Assembly: GCA_041946735.1 (NCBI GenBank)
Contig: JBHGAY010000015.1
Location: forward strand, 32,001 to 96,000
DNA length: 64,000 nucleotides
Direction of reading: 5' to 3'
Source of the DNA: Candidatus Eiseniibacteriota bacterium
Lineage (GTDB): Bacteria; Eisenbacteria; RBG-16-71-46; CAIMUX01; VGJL01
Part shown: positions 1-8,133 of the stretch, in pieces
Layout of the letters: the number at the start of each line of letters is the position of its first letter
Numbering within the stretch: the stretch's first letter is position 1
Notes under the pieces: model-generated
Database searches by the model: none
Seen by the model: the letters and a program-made list of their open reading frames with translations, nothing else
What the model was told of the DNA's origin: nothing
Translations under genes and position numbers: made by a program

Positions 1-102
1 GACGAAATGGATCCGCAGGGGCCGCTCCCGCGCGGTCCGCGCCGGCTCGTTCTGTCCGGCGCCGTCCTGTCCAGCGCCGTCCCGTACCGCTTCGACTTCC
101 AT
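1..102 (-). CDS. N-terminal fragment of a gene running off the window (MEVEAVRDG...RPLRIHFV)
   Basis: ATG at 102, frame open to the window edge, divergent from the asnB-like gene; product not identifiable. Confidence 0.45.
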   Translation of the reverse strand, partial: MEVEAVRDGAGQDGAGQNEPARTARERPLRIHFV

Positions 103-190
103 CCCGACCCAGGCTACTCCGGCGCGTGGCGACGCGGAACCCTTGTCCCGCGTGGCACCGAGCGGCTACGCGGGGCGCGCGGCCCCCGCG

Positions 191-260
191 CTCGGAAGCG
201 CCCGGAAGCGCCCCGGAGCGCTCGGAAGCGCTCGGGAGCGCGCGGGCGCGCCCCGAAGCA
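191..260. repeat. Degenerate 10-bp tandem repeat, ~7 copies (CYCGGAAGCG)
   Basis: ctcggaagcg/cccggaagcg/ccccggagcg/ctcggaagcg/ctcgggagcg/cgcgggcgcg/ccccgaagca in register. Confidence 0.8.
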
Positions 261-374
261 CGGTCCCATCTGCTGCATCCGCGCGCGCCGCGATGCTAGA
301 GTCCACGCGATCCGTGACGTGACCGGATCGAGGAAGCGATCGATCGCGTCCGTCGGGAGGACAGGAGGGGCCGA

Positions 375-2228
375 TTGAGCGGGATCTGCGGACAGTTCGG
401 GCTCGAACCGCGCATTTTCGACGATCGGATCCTCGAGCGAATGCTGGCCCGCCTGGAGCACCGCGGGCGTCTTGCCGAGAGGATCCGCCGTCCCGACGCG
501 AGCCTCGGGGTCTGCGACCCGGCCGGTCCGAACCGCTGGCCGCCGCGTGGCAGCGAGGACCCCTCCGAGATCTGCGCCGTCCTCGATGGCAGGATCGACA
601 ACGCGGCCGATCTCGCGGCGGAGCTGGCGCGGGAGGGACACGCTTGCCCCGGCGCGAACCCGGCGGCTGTCGTGGCGATCGGAATGCGGGCACATGGGAT
701 CCCGTTCCTCCAGCGGCTGCAGGGGCTCTTCGCCGCCGCTGTCCACGATCCCGCCCGCAACGTCTCCTGGCTCATTCGGGATCCCCTTGGCATGCGCCCG
801 GTCTATCTGCATCGCACCCGCTCGCGCATCCTCTTCGCCTCGGAGATCGGGGCGCTCTTCGCCGATCCCGTCGTCCGCTCCGACGTCGATCCCTCGCAGC
901 TACGGGTGCTCCTCACGCTCGGGTTCATGCCGTCCCCGCTGACCTTGCTGAAGGGGATCCACAAGATGCCGCCGGGGCATCTGCTCGAGGTGAGCGGCGC
1001 CTCGCTGCGCGTCATCTCGTACGCCAAGAAGGGTCCCGGGGAGGACCTCGAACTCCCGTATGAGGACGCGCTCGAAGCGTACCGAGCGACCCTGCATCGG
1101 GTCGTGCGGCGTTCGGCCGGCGAGGAGACGGTCGGGGTGCTGCTGAGCGGCGGAGCGGACTCGTCGGCGCTCGTCCTGCTGCGGACGCGCGAGGGCAGGC
1201 CCGTTGCTTCGTTCACCGCCGGGTTCCAGGATGCCGGGGAGGAGGACGAGCGGGTCGAGGCGTGGCAGGCGGCGCGAGCGCTCGGCACGCTCCATCGAGA
1301 GACGACGATCCGCGCGGTCGAGATCCCTTCGCTCCTCTCGTCGGTGGCGCGAACCATCGACGAGCCGGTCGCCGCTCCTTGGATGGCTCCGTTCTACAGG
1401 CTGGCGGCTTCGATCGAGGGACAGACGCCGGTCGTCTGGTCCGGCCAGGGGACCGGTTCGCTGCATGGCGAGTCGCCGGTCTGGCGCTGGAGGCAGTGGG
1501 GGGAGTGGGTCAGCGAGCTGCCGCCGTTCGTGGCTGGCGTCGTCGGCGGCGTCAGCCGGACGCTGGGCCGCCTCGATCGAGCCGCGGCCACCCGCAACCA
1601 CCGCATGGTCGCTTCCAGGGAAGAGAGGGAGCGGGTCCTCTCCGCGTTCTTCCTCTTCGAGGACGCCGAGCTGGACCGGCTGCTGCGGGCCGGCCACATC
1701 GGCGATCGGGAGGCGGCGCGCAAACTCCTCGATCGGTGGCGCGAACCGGTGGCGGATCGCGATCCGCTCGATCAGTCGCTCTACATCTACGCGCGGACGC
1801 ACCTGCCCGACGGGGTGCTGCTGCCGGCCGAGCGGCTCGCCTCCGAGCACGGCCTCTTCCTGCGCTTCCCCTACGCGGACCCGGAGGTCGTGCAATGGCT
1901 CGAGCGGCTGCCCGCGTCCTATCGGTTGCAGGGGGGAGCCGGGAAGCGGCTGCATCGCGATGCGCTCGCGGCATGGCTTCCGGCCGGCGTCCTCGCGCGG
2001 CCGAAGCGGCAGCTCGGCGACCTGACGCGGCTGTGGCTGCGGACGGGCGGGCGCGAGCAGGTGTCGCAGTGGCTTCTCGGCTCCGCCGCCTGGCTGCCGT
2101 CGGTGCTGGACGGCGTACGCGTCCGCGGGCTGCTCGAGGAGGCTTCGCGCGGGCGGATCGAGCGGATCGTCCTCTTGATCCACCTCGAACTGTGGATGCG
2201 CGAGATGCTCCAGGGAGGAGGACGGTGA
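375..2228 (+). CDS. Asparagine synthetase B-like amidotransferase (non-canonical motifs)
   Basis: MSGICG N-terminus, RDPLGMRPVY, FASEI, LSGGADSS, RFPYAD and RPKR motifs; TTG start with AGGAGG RBS. Confidence 0.85.
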   Translation: MSGICGQFGLEPRIFDDRILERMLARLEHRGRLAERIRRPDASLGVCDPAGPNRWPPRGSEDPSEICAVLDGRIDNAADLAAELAREGHACPGANPAAVVAIGMRAHGIPFLQRLQGLFAAAVHDPARNVSWLIRDPLGMRPVYLHRTRSRILFASEIGALFADPVVRSDVDPSQLRVLLTLGFMPSPLTLLKGIHKMPPGHLLEVSGASLRVISYAKKGPGEDLELPYEDALEAYRATLHRVVRRSAGEETVGVLLSGGADSSALVLLRTREGRPVASFTAGFQDAGEEDERVEAWQAARALGTLHRETTIRAVEIPSLLSSVARTIDEPVAAPWMAPFYRLAASIEGQTPVVWSGQGTGSLHGESPVWRWRQWGEWVSELPPFVAGVVGGVSRTLGRLDRAAATRNHRMVASREERERVLSAFFLFEDAELDRLLRAGHIGDREAARKLLDRWREPVADRDPLDQSLYIYARTHLPDGVLLPAERLASEHGLFLRFPYADPEVVQWLERLPASYRLQGGAGKRLHRDALAAWLPAGVLARPKRQLGDLTRLWLRTGGREQVSQWLLGSAAWLPSVLDGVRVRGLLEEASRGRIERIVLLIHLELWMREMLQGGGR

Positions 2229-3697
2229 AACATCGCGTCCCGCGTGCGGCGTTTCCGCTCCTTCCGCTCCCTCCGCTGCTTCTGCTGCTTCCCGCCCTCT
2301 GGCTTCTCCGGCCACCCGCTGCGTCGGCGCGGGTGCTCCACGTCGAGCAGGCGGGTGCCGGCCGGCCGCGGGGCGTCTTCACCGAGGTGCAGGCGGCGAT
2401 CGACGCGGCGGCCGACGGCGACACGATCCGGATCGGAGAGGGCCTGTTCACGGCGAGCACGGCCGCGTCGATCGTCGATCCGCTATGCGGCAACTGCCTC
2501 GAGCATCGGACGCCGGTCGCGGCGACGGCCGGATTCCGGATCGCCGGCGCGCGGCGGCTGGCGCTGATCGGAGCGGGCGCGGAGCGGACCGTCCTCTCCA
2601 CCGGCGCCGGCTACGGCATCTGGATCGACGGCGGGGGCGGCGGCGAGGTGCGAGTCGAGCATCTCGCGGTCACGGGGGGCGCGCGCGACGCCGACGGCAA
2701 CGCGACCGATGCCGGGGTCGTCGTGCGCGGCGCCCGCGTCACGCTCGAGCAGGTGCACGTGCGCGACAACACCGCGCGCGCGGCCGACGAGAAGGTGGTC
2801 GTCGGCATCGCGGGCGTCGTGGGGCGCGAGGGGGCGGTGCTCGAGGTCGCCGGCTGTCGCATCGAGAACAACGGCTGGGACGGGATCGCGCTCTACCGGG
2901 GAGCGACGGCGCTGATCCACGACAACGTGATCGAGCAGGGACGCGGCGCTGGGATCGGCATCACGTGGGACGCCGCGGCGATCGTCCTGCGCAACCGAGT
3001 CTCCGGCTACTGGAAGGGGATTGGGACGTTCGGCAGCTCGCGCGCCGTCGTCCGCAACAACGCCGTTTTCGACAACCTGGGGTGGGGGATAATCGCGACC
3101 GGCGGCTCCTACCTCGAGGCGACGCAGAACGTGATCGTCCGCAACGGCAACTGCGGCTTCGCCGTCTGGGACTCCGCCGCAACCGGCACGGCCCGCAACA
3201 ACCTCATCGTCGACAACGGATGGCGCAAGGAGTGGGTCTGCCCGAGGGTCGGCATCTGGCACGTGGGCGATCCCGCGCGCTTCACCGTCCCCTGGAACGC
3301 GGCGTGGCGAAACGTGGCGGGGGATCTCCGGGTCGAGGGAGCGGGGGAGGCGGGCGCGGGAGCCCCAACCGGCGCCGCGGCGGCCGCAGGGGAGGGCGGG
3401 GGAGCCGCGGCGGACACGTCCGTGGCGCGGCCGATCTCGATCGATCCGCTCTTCGAGGGAGCGGCCGACTTCCGGCTGCGGGCCGGAAGCCCAGCCATCG
3501 ACGCGGGAGATCCCGACATCCAGGATGCGGACGGCTCGCGCTCCGACCTCGGTCTCGGCGGGGGATCGCAGGCGCGCGAGCATCTTGGCGCGCCTCCGCC
3601 CGCGCTGCCGGCCGAGCGCAACCGCGTCGGTTCGGCCGCCTGGGCGGCCACGATCGCTTCGAGGCGAGCCGCCCGGAGTCCGCAGCACAGTCCGTGA
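2225..3697 (+). CDS. Secreted right-handed parallel beta-helix protein
   Basis: GTG start overlapping upstream stop (GTGA); signal peptide; VQAAIDAAADGDTI; repeated Asn-ladder beta-helix turns; DFRLRAGSPAIDAG C-terminal motif. Confidence 0.8.
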   Translation: MKHRVPRAAFPLLPLPPLLLLLPALWLLRPPAASARVLHVEQAGAGRPRGVFTEVQAAIDAAADGDTIRIGEGLFTASTAASIVDPLCGNCLEHRTPVAATAGFRIAGARRLALIGAGAERTVLSTGAGYGIWIDGGGGGEVRVEHLAVTGGARDADGNATDAGVVVRGARVTLEQVHVRDNTARAADEKVVVGIAGVVGREGAVLEVAGCRIENNGWDGIALYRGATALIHDNVIEQGRGAGIGITWDAAAIVLRNRVSGYWKGIGTFGSSRAVVRNNAVFDNLGWGIIATGGSYLEATQNVIVRNGNCGFAVWDSAATGTARNNLIVDNGWRKEWVCPRVGIWHVGDPARFTVPWNAAWRNVAGDLRVEGAGEAGAGAPTGAAAAAGEGGGAAADTSVARPISIDPLFEGAADFRLRAGSPAIDAGDPDIQDADGSRSDLGLGGGSQAREHLGAPPPALPAERNRVGSAAWAATIASRRAARSPQHSP

Positions 3698-3734
3698 ACG
3701 AAGATTCGAGTGATCCGAAAGGGAGCGATTCACC

Positions 3735-5903
3735 ATGGAGCCTTCCTCACGACGAAGCCGTCGTCTCGGTGCCGTACTCACGATTCATGCTCGCTGGTTG
3801 CTCGTGCTGCTCACCGCGTGCCCCAATGCTGCAGCCCTCGCGGCGGCCGACGAGGCTGGCAAGACCGAAGAGCCGCGCTCGCGCGTCTTCCTCGCCGACA
3901 CCGTGGAGGTGACCGGGGAGCGCATGCCGGCTGACCCGATGCGCGTCGCGGTCGCCGGCAGCTCCATCCCGGCGTCGGCGCTCGACACGCGGCGGCAGGC
4001 GGGCCTCGACGAAGGGCTCGACTTGGTCCCCGGCGTCCTCGCGCAGAGCCGCGCGGGCGGGGGCGATGTGCGGATCCTGATGCGCGGGTTCGGGGCACGA
4101 GGCAACGGCGACCGGTCGAACGCCGGGACGACGCGCGGCATCCGTGTGCTTCTCGATGGGTTCCCGGTCACCGAGCCGGATGGCCGCACCAGTCTCGACC
4201 TCGCGGACGTCGGCGGCCTCTCGCAGATCCGCGTGCTCCGCTCGAACGCGTCGACGCTCTACGGGTCGGCGTCGGGGGGCGTGATCGACCTCGTCAGCGA
4301 CGTCGCCTTCGAGCATCCCTACGCGGAAGGACGGATCGCCGGCGGCAGCTTCGGCCTGCAGCGCGCGCAGGGGGAGATCGGGACGCGCGCCGGAAGCGCC
4401 CGCATCCTGCTGACCGGCGCCTGGACGAGCTTCGACGGCTGGCGCGAGCACAGCGCGAGCGAGGTGGCGATCGGCGGCCTCGCTATCCGCAGCGACCCAT
4501 CGCCGCGCACCTCGATCGGCCTCTTCCTGCGGGCGGCGCGCAACCGCTTCCGCATGCCGGGGCCGCTGACCGAGGAGCAGCTCGCCGCCGATCCGCGCCA
4601 GGCCGACTCGCTCTACGTCGCGCGAAACGACCGTCGTGACAACCGGATCGGTCGCGTCGGGCTTCGGCTCCGCCAGGCGCTCGGCAGCGGAGAGTCCCAC
4701 TCGATCGTCGCGAGCGCTTTCGTCGAGCCGAAGACGTTGCAGCGTTCCGAACGCGGCCGCTTTCGGGACTTCGAGCGGGTGCATCTCGGCGGCAATCTCC
4801 TGCACTCGCTCGCCTTCACGCTCGGGCGTTCGGGAGCGGTGCCCGCGCGCTGGAACGCCGGCTTCGAGGAGGGCTACCAGGACGGCTCGGCGCGCTTCCA
4901 CGACCTCGGTCCTGGAGGCACGCGCGGCACGACCCTCGTCTCCGACAAGAGGGAGGGGATCGAGACGCAAGGCTTCTACACCGATCTCGCCGTCCGCCCG
5001 TCGGGGCGTCTCGAGCTGGTTGCCGGTGCACGCTACGACCGCCTCCGCTACATCTTCGAGGACTACCAGGACCCCTCGCTCGGAGACGAGCGCACGCTCG
5101 ACGCGCTGAGCCCGCGGCTGAGCGTTTCGTACGAGGCGGGCCGAGGGCAGATGTTCTATGCGGCGCTCTCCGGGGGGATCGAGGCGCCGGCGTTCAATGA
5201 AGTCGACCCCCCGGCGCCGTACGACACGCTGACCGGGCTGAACCCGTTCCTCGATCCCGCGACGTCGGTCACGTACGAGATCGGAACGAAGGGGCGCATT
5301 GGAGGCGACTCCCCGGCGGCGCCGGTGCGCGTCCGCTACGACGTCGCCGCCTACCGGATCGATCTGCGCGACGAGATCGTGCCCTACGACGGTGGTGCCT
5401 ATTACCTGACGGCGGGCAAATCGCGCCGCTACGGATTCGAGGCGGGCATCGACGCGGAGAGCCGCTGGGGGCTGAGCGCGAAGGCGGCGCTGACTGTCCT
5501 CTCGAGTGAGTACCTCCGCTACGAGAACGAGCTGGGGGACTTCGACGGCAATGAGACCTCCGGGATCCCGGGGACGACGCTCACGCTCCTCCTCCGCTAC
5601 GACACCCGGCCCGGCGTCTACGCCGAGGCAAGGCTTCGCACGGTCGGGTCCTACTGGGCGGACGACGCGAACCAGGTCGAGGTGCCGGGCTACGAGCGGA
5701 TCGACTTGACGGTCGGGATGGAGCGGTCGATCGGAGGCTCGCGGGTGGTCGGGATCTTCGCGGGGATCGAAAACCTGGCTGGCGAGGACTACGTCTCCTC
5801 CGCCTTCATCAACGGCACGGGCGGACGCTACTTCGAGCCGGGGATGGAGAGGAACCTGGTTGTCGGCGTCTCGGCGCGAACCGGGCTCGGCGCGGCCGAC
5901 TGA
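3735..5903 (+). CDS. TonB-dependent receptor
   Basis: DTVEVTG TonB box, plug motifs (VPGV, MRGFG, LLDGFP, IRVLRS..STLYG..SGGVI), beta-barrel strands, GIENL near C-terminus. Confidence 0.9.
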   Translation: MEPSSRRSRRLGAVLTIHARWLLVLLTACPNAAALAAADEAGKTEEPRSRVFLADTVEVTGERMPADPMRVAVAGSSIPASALDTRRQAGLDEGLDLVPGVLAQSRAGGGDVRILMRGFGARGNGDRSNAGTTRGIRVLLDGFPVTEPDGRTSLDLADVGGLSQIRVLRSNASTLYGSASGGVIDLVSDVAFEHPYAEGRIAGGSFGLQRAQGEIGTRAGSARILLTGAWTSFDGWREHSASEVAIGGLAIRSDPSPRTSIGLFLRAARNRFRMPGPLTEEQLAADPRQADSLYVARNDRRDNRIGRVGLRLRQALGSGESHSIVASAFVEPKTLQRSERGRFRDFERVHLGGNLLHSLAFTLGRSGAVPARWNAGFEEGYQDGSARFHDLGPGGTRGTTLVSDKREGIETQGFYTDLAVRPSGRLELVAGARYDRLRYIFEDYQDPSLGDERTLDALSPRLSVSYEAGRGQMFYAALSGGIEAPAFNEVDPPAPYDTLTGLNPFLDPATSVTYEIGTKGRIGGDSPAAPVRVRYDVAAYRIDLRDEIVPYDGGAYYLTAGKSRRYGFEAGIDAESRWGLSAKAALTVLSSEYLRYENELGDFDGNETSGIPGTTLTLLLRYDTRPGVYAEARLRTVGSYWADDANQVEVPGYERIDLTVGMERSIGGSRVVGIFAGIENLAGEDYVSSAFINGTGGRYFEPGMERNLVVGVSARTGLGAAD

Positions 5904-5945
5904 GAGCCGGCCGTCCGGCGGCGGGAGAACGGGAAGAAGAAGCGA

Positions 5946-6016
5946 GGCGGGAGAGCGTCGCCGCTCCCCCGCCCATCTGGCGATCTATCGCGCGCGCGAT
6001 CGCGAGCGATAGATCG
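5946..6016. terminator. Two GC-rich hairpins between convergent genes
   Basis: GGCGGGAGAGCG-tcgc-CGCTCCCCCGCC and CGATCTATCGC...GCGATAGATCG. Confidence 0.55.
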
Positions 6017-6024
6017 AGCCGTAG

Positions 6025-6885
6025 CTACGACCGGACCGACTCCGCCTTGTCGCTCGTCTTCGCCGCCGGCCGCTCCGCAGGCTGATGCGTCGAGACGTGC
6101 GCCTGGATCATCTCCGCGAGCCGCGCGTCGTCGATCTTCGCCAGCTTCGCCTGGAGATCGACTGTCTTGCCTTCGCGAGCCGCCGTGTAGCGGACCTTGT
6201 CACCGCTCTTGAATCCTTCGTTCATCAACTTCCCCACCGCTTCCGCGTTCTCCGCGGTGAAAGCGATTCCATTGAGGGAGGTGAGGACGTCGCCGACCTG
6301 GAAGCCGGCCTTCTCCGCCGGGCTGCCTGCGTCGACACGGGTGACGGTCGGCTGACAGGTCCCGTTCGCCGCGCAGATCATCTCGACGCCGAGCCATCCG
6401 TGGTTCGCGTAGTAGGTGCGCAGCATCTGCTCGCAGTCGGCCGTGTTGCTATCGCACACCACGCCGTCATGGCTGCAGACCGCCATCGCGCCCATGTAGG
6501 GGCAGCCGCCACCCGCGTTCGCCTGCGCGCCCGCGCCCTTGCCCGCGCAGCAGGACGATCCGCCGGACGTTTCCATCGCGGTCTTCTCGCCATCGGCGCA
6601 GCCCGAGCCCGCCTTCATCGCTCCCTTCGAGCCCCCGCAGACGGCGCGCGCTTGAGTTCCCTTGGCGTCGCTTCCGGAGCAGACGGGCACGAATTCGGCG
6701 GCGGCCGATGTGGAGCCGGATTGCGTCATCCCGGGGCAGACGGAAGCCTGAGTCGCGGAGCCGGAGCGGTTACAGCTCGCCTTCGACGAGCAATCGGAGA
6801 ACGCGCCGCCCGCGTGGGCGCCCCACGCGGTCAGGCCGGCCAGGGCGACGACCGCGAGCAGACCGGTCAACTTCGTGCTCTTCAT
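6025..6885 (-). CDS. Secreted PDZ-domain protein with Cys-rich N-terminal region
   Basis: Signal peptide; GWLGVEM...VDAGSPAEKAGFQVGDVLTSLNG PDZ motif; 14 Cys; GAGGAGG RBS. Confidence 0.85.
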   Translation of the reverse strand: MKSTKLTGLLAVVALAGLTAWGAHAGGAFSDCSSKASCNRSGSATQASVCPGMTQSGSTSAAAEFVPVCSGSDAKGTQARAVCGGSKGAMKAGSGCADGEKTAMETSGGSSCCAGKGAGAQANAGGGCPYMGAMAVCSHDGVVCDSNTADCEQMLRTYYANHGWLGVEMICAANGTCQPTVTRVDAGSPAEKAGFQVGDVLTSLNGIAFTAENAEAVGKLMNEGFKSGDKVRYTAAREGKTVDLQAKLAKIDDARLAEMIQAHVSTHQPAERPAAKTSDKAESVRS

Positions 6886-6955
6886 CTAGGAATCCTCCTC
6901 GTTGCTTTCGACGTCGGTCGAGGTTCGGGGGGATCGGAACAGATCCCTGGCGGAG

Positions 6956-6985
6956 ATCATACAGTTCATTAGGGGAAGCCCTCAA
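6956..6985 (-). promoter_or_regulatory. Candidate sigma70 promoter of the PDZ gene
   Basis: Minus strand TTGAGG-N18-TATGAT. Confidence 0.45.
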
Positions 6986-7139
6986 CAGAAGGAGCTTCCC
7001 AACTACCACGACGCGCTGGAACCGCTGGAATCCATACCGGTTCCCGGGATTCTCCTCGGACGCTTGGTAGGATCTCGATCGGCCACACTCTTGGCGCCAG
7101 GAGCCGAGGATCGTTCGGCTGAGGCCAGGACGACACCCC

Positions 7140-7205
7140 GGATGTAGGGGCGCTGCCGGACGCGCCGGACGTAGGGGTGCCACAGGACGTAGGGGCGCCC
7201 GCCCC
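7140..7205 (+). repeat. Three copies of GGAYGTAGGGGYG (GTAG-REP-like)
   Basis: Copies at 7140, 7167 and 7185; the last folds as GGGGCG-cc-CGCCCC. Confidence 0.65.
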
Positions 7206-7230
7206 ATGGCCGACGCCAGCAGGCCCGGAA

Positions 7231-7974
7231 TCAGACCAAGCGATCGTTCGCTTGCGCCGCCGTTGCTTGGCTTTCGACCGCGACTGCGGGTCGCCAGCGC
7301 CGGTAGCGCCAAAGCGTCTCGATCGCTTCGATCCCGTCCTTCGCGCGGATCTTCTTCCCTTCGGCCAGGCGCCGGGGCTCGTAGCGGATCGGCACCTCGT
7401 GGATGCGCTCCCCCATGCGGGCCGTTTTCGCCGTGACTTCCGGGCAGAACTCGAAGCGCTCGCACTGCAGGTCCATCGCCTCGATCAACCGCCGGTCGAC
7501 GAGCTTGTAGCAGGTCGCCTCGTCGGTCAGTCGCAGGCCGTAGAGGATGTTCGCGATCCACGTGAGCACGATCCCGCCGAGGTAGAACGAGAGGGCGGAG
7601 TACTTGCGGTTGCGTTTCTCGAGCCGGCGCGAGCCGTAGACGACGCGGGCCCCGACCCTCTGGGTCTCCTCGATCAGGCGAGCCAGGTCCTCGGGGTGGT
7701 ACTCGAGATCCGCGTCCTGCGGGACGATGAAATCGCCGCTCGCCCGCGCGAGGGCGGTGCGCAGAGCGGCCCCTTTGCCCCGGTTGGTCGGATGACGGAT
7801 CATGAGCACGCGCCCGGCATAGCGCGCGAGGATCTCCGGGGTGTTGTCGCTCGAGGCGTCGTCGACCACCACGATCTCGCGCTCCACGGGAAGGGAAGCG
7901 GAAAGCACCCGGTCCAGCAGAGCGGCGATCGTCCCCTCTTCGTTGTAGACGGGGATCAGGATGCTGAGCTTCAC
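7231..7974 (-). CDS. Glycosyltransferase family 2 (DPM1/ArnC-like)
   Basis: LSILIPVYNE, VVDDASSD, NRGKGAA, QDADLEY, VYGSR motifs. Confidence 0.92.
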   Translation of the reverse strand: MKLSILIPVYNEEGTIAALLDRVLSASLPVEREIVVVDDASSDNTPEILARYAGRVLMIRHPTNRGKGAALRTALARASGDFIVPQDADLEYHPEDLARLIEETQRVGARVVYGSRRLEKRNRKYSALSFYLGGIVLTWIANILYGLRLTDEATCYKLVDRRLIEAMDLQCERFEFCPEVTAKTARMGERIHEVPIRYEPRRLAEGKKIRAKDGIEAIETLWRYRRWRPAVAVESQATAAQANDRLV

Positions 7975-8074
7975 CGGGTCTTCCTCCCTCGCTGCCGCGC
8001 GATCCTCGAGATGGAAGGAGGCACTCGCAGCGCGCCCCGAAAGGATAGCGGGCCGGCGCGCAGGCGGGAAGCCG

Positions 8075-8104
8075 TTGACAGGTTCGGCGATCGGTCCGTA
8101 CCCT
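8075..8104 (+). promoter_or_regulatory. Sigma70 promoter of thrS
   Basis: TTGACA-N18-TACCCT ending ~30 nt upstream of the ATG. Confidence 0.6.
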
Positions 8105-8133
8105 TCCGAAAACCTCTTTCAAAGGCTAGAAAC

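Noticed and set aside
375..2228. Lasso peptide biosynthetic cluster
   Set aside because: No precursor peptide, transglutaminase-like B protein or PqqD/RRE gene visible in the window
7177..8133. Long N-terminal extensions of thrS and other ORFs (citrate synthase, ettA, beta-helix, pfkA) in the ORF track
   Set aside because: They overlap neighbouring genes or promoters; downstream starts have RBS and homology support
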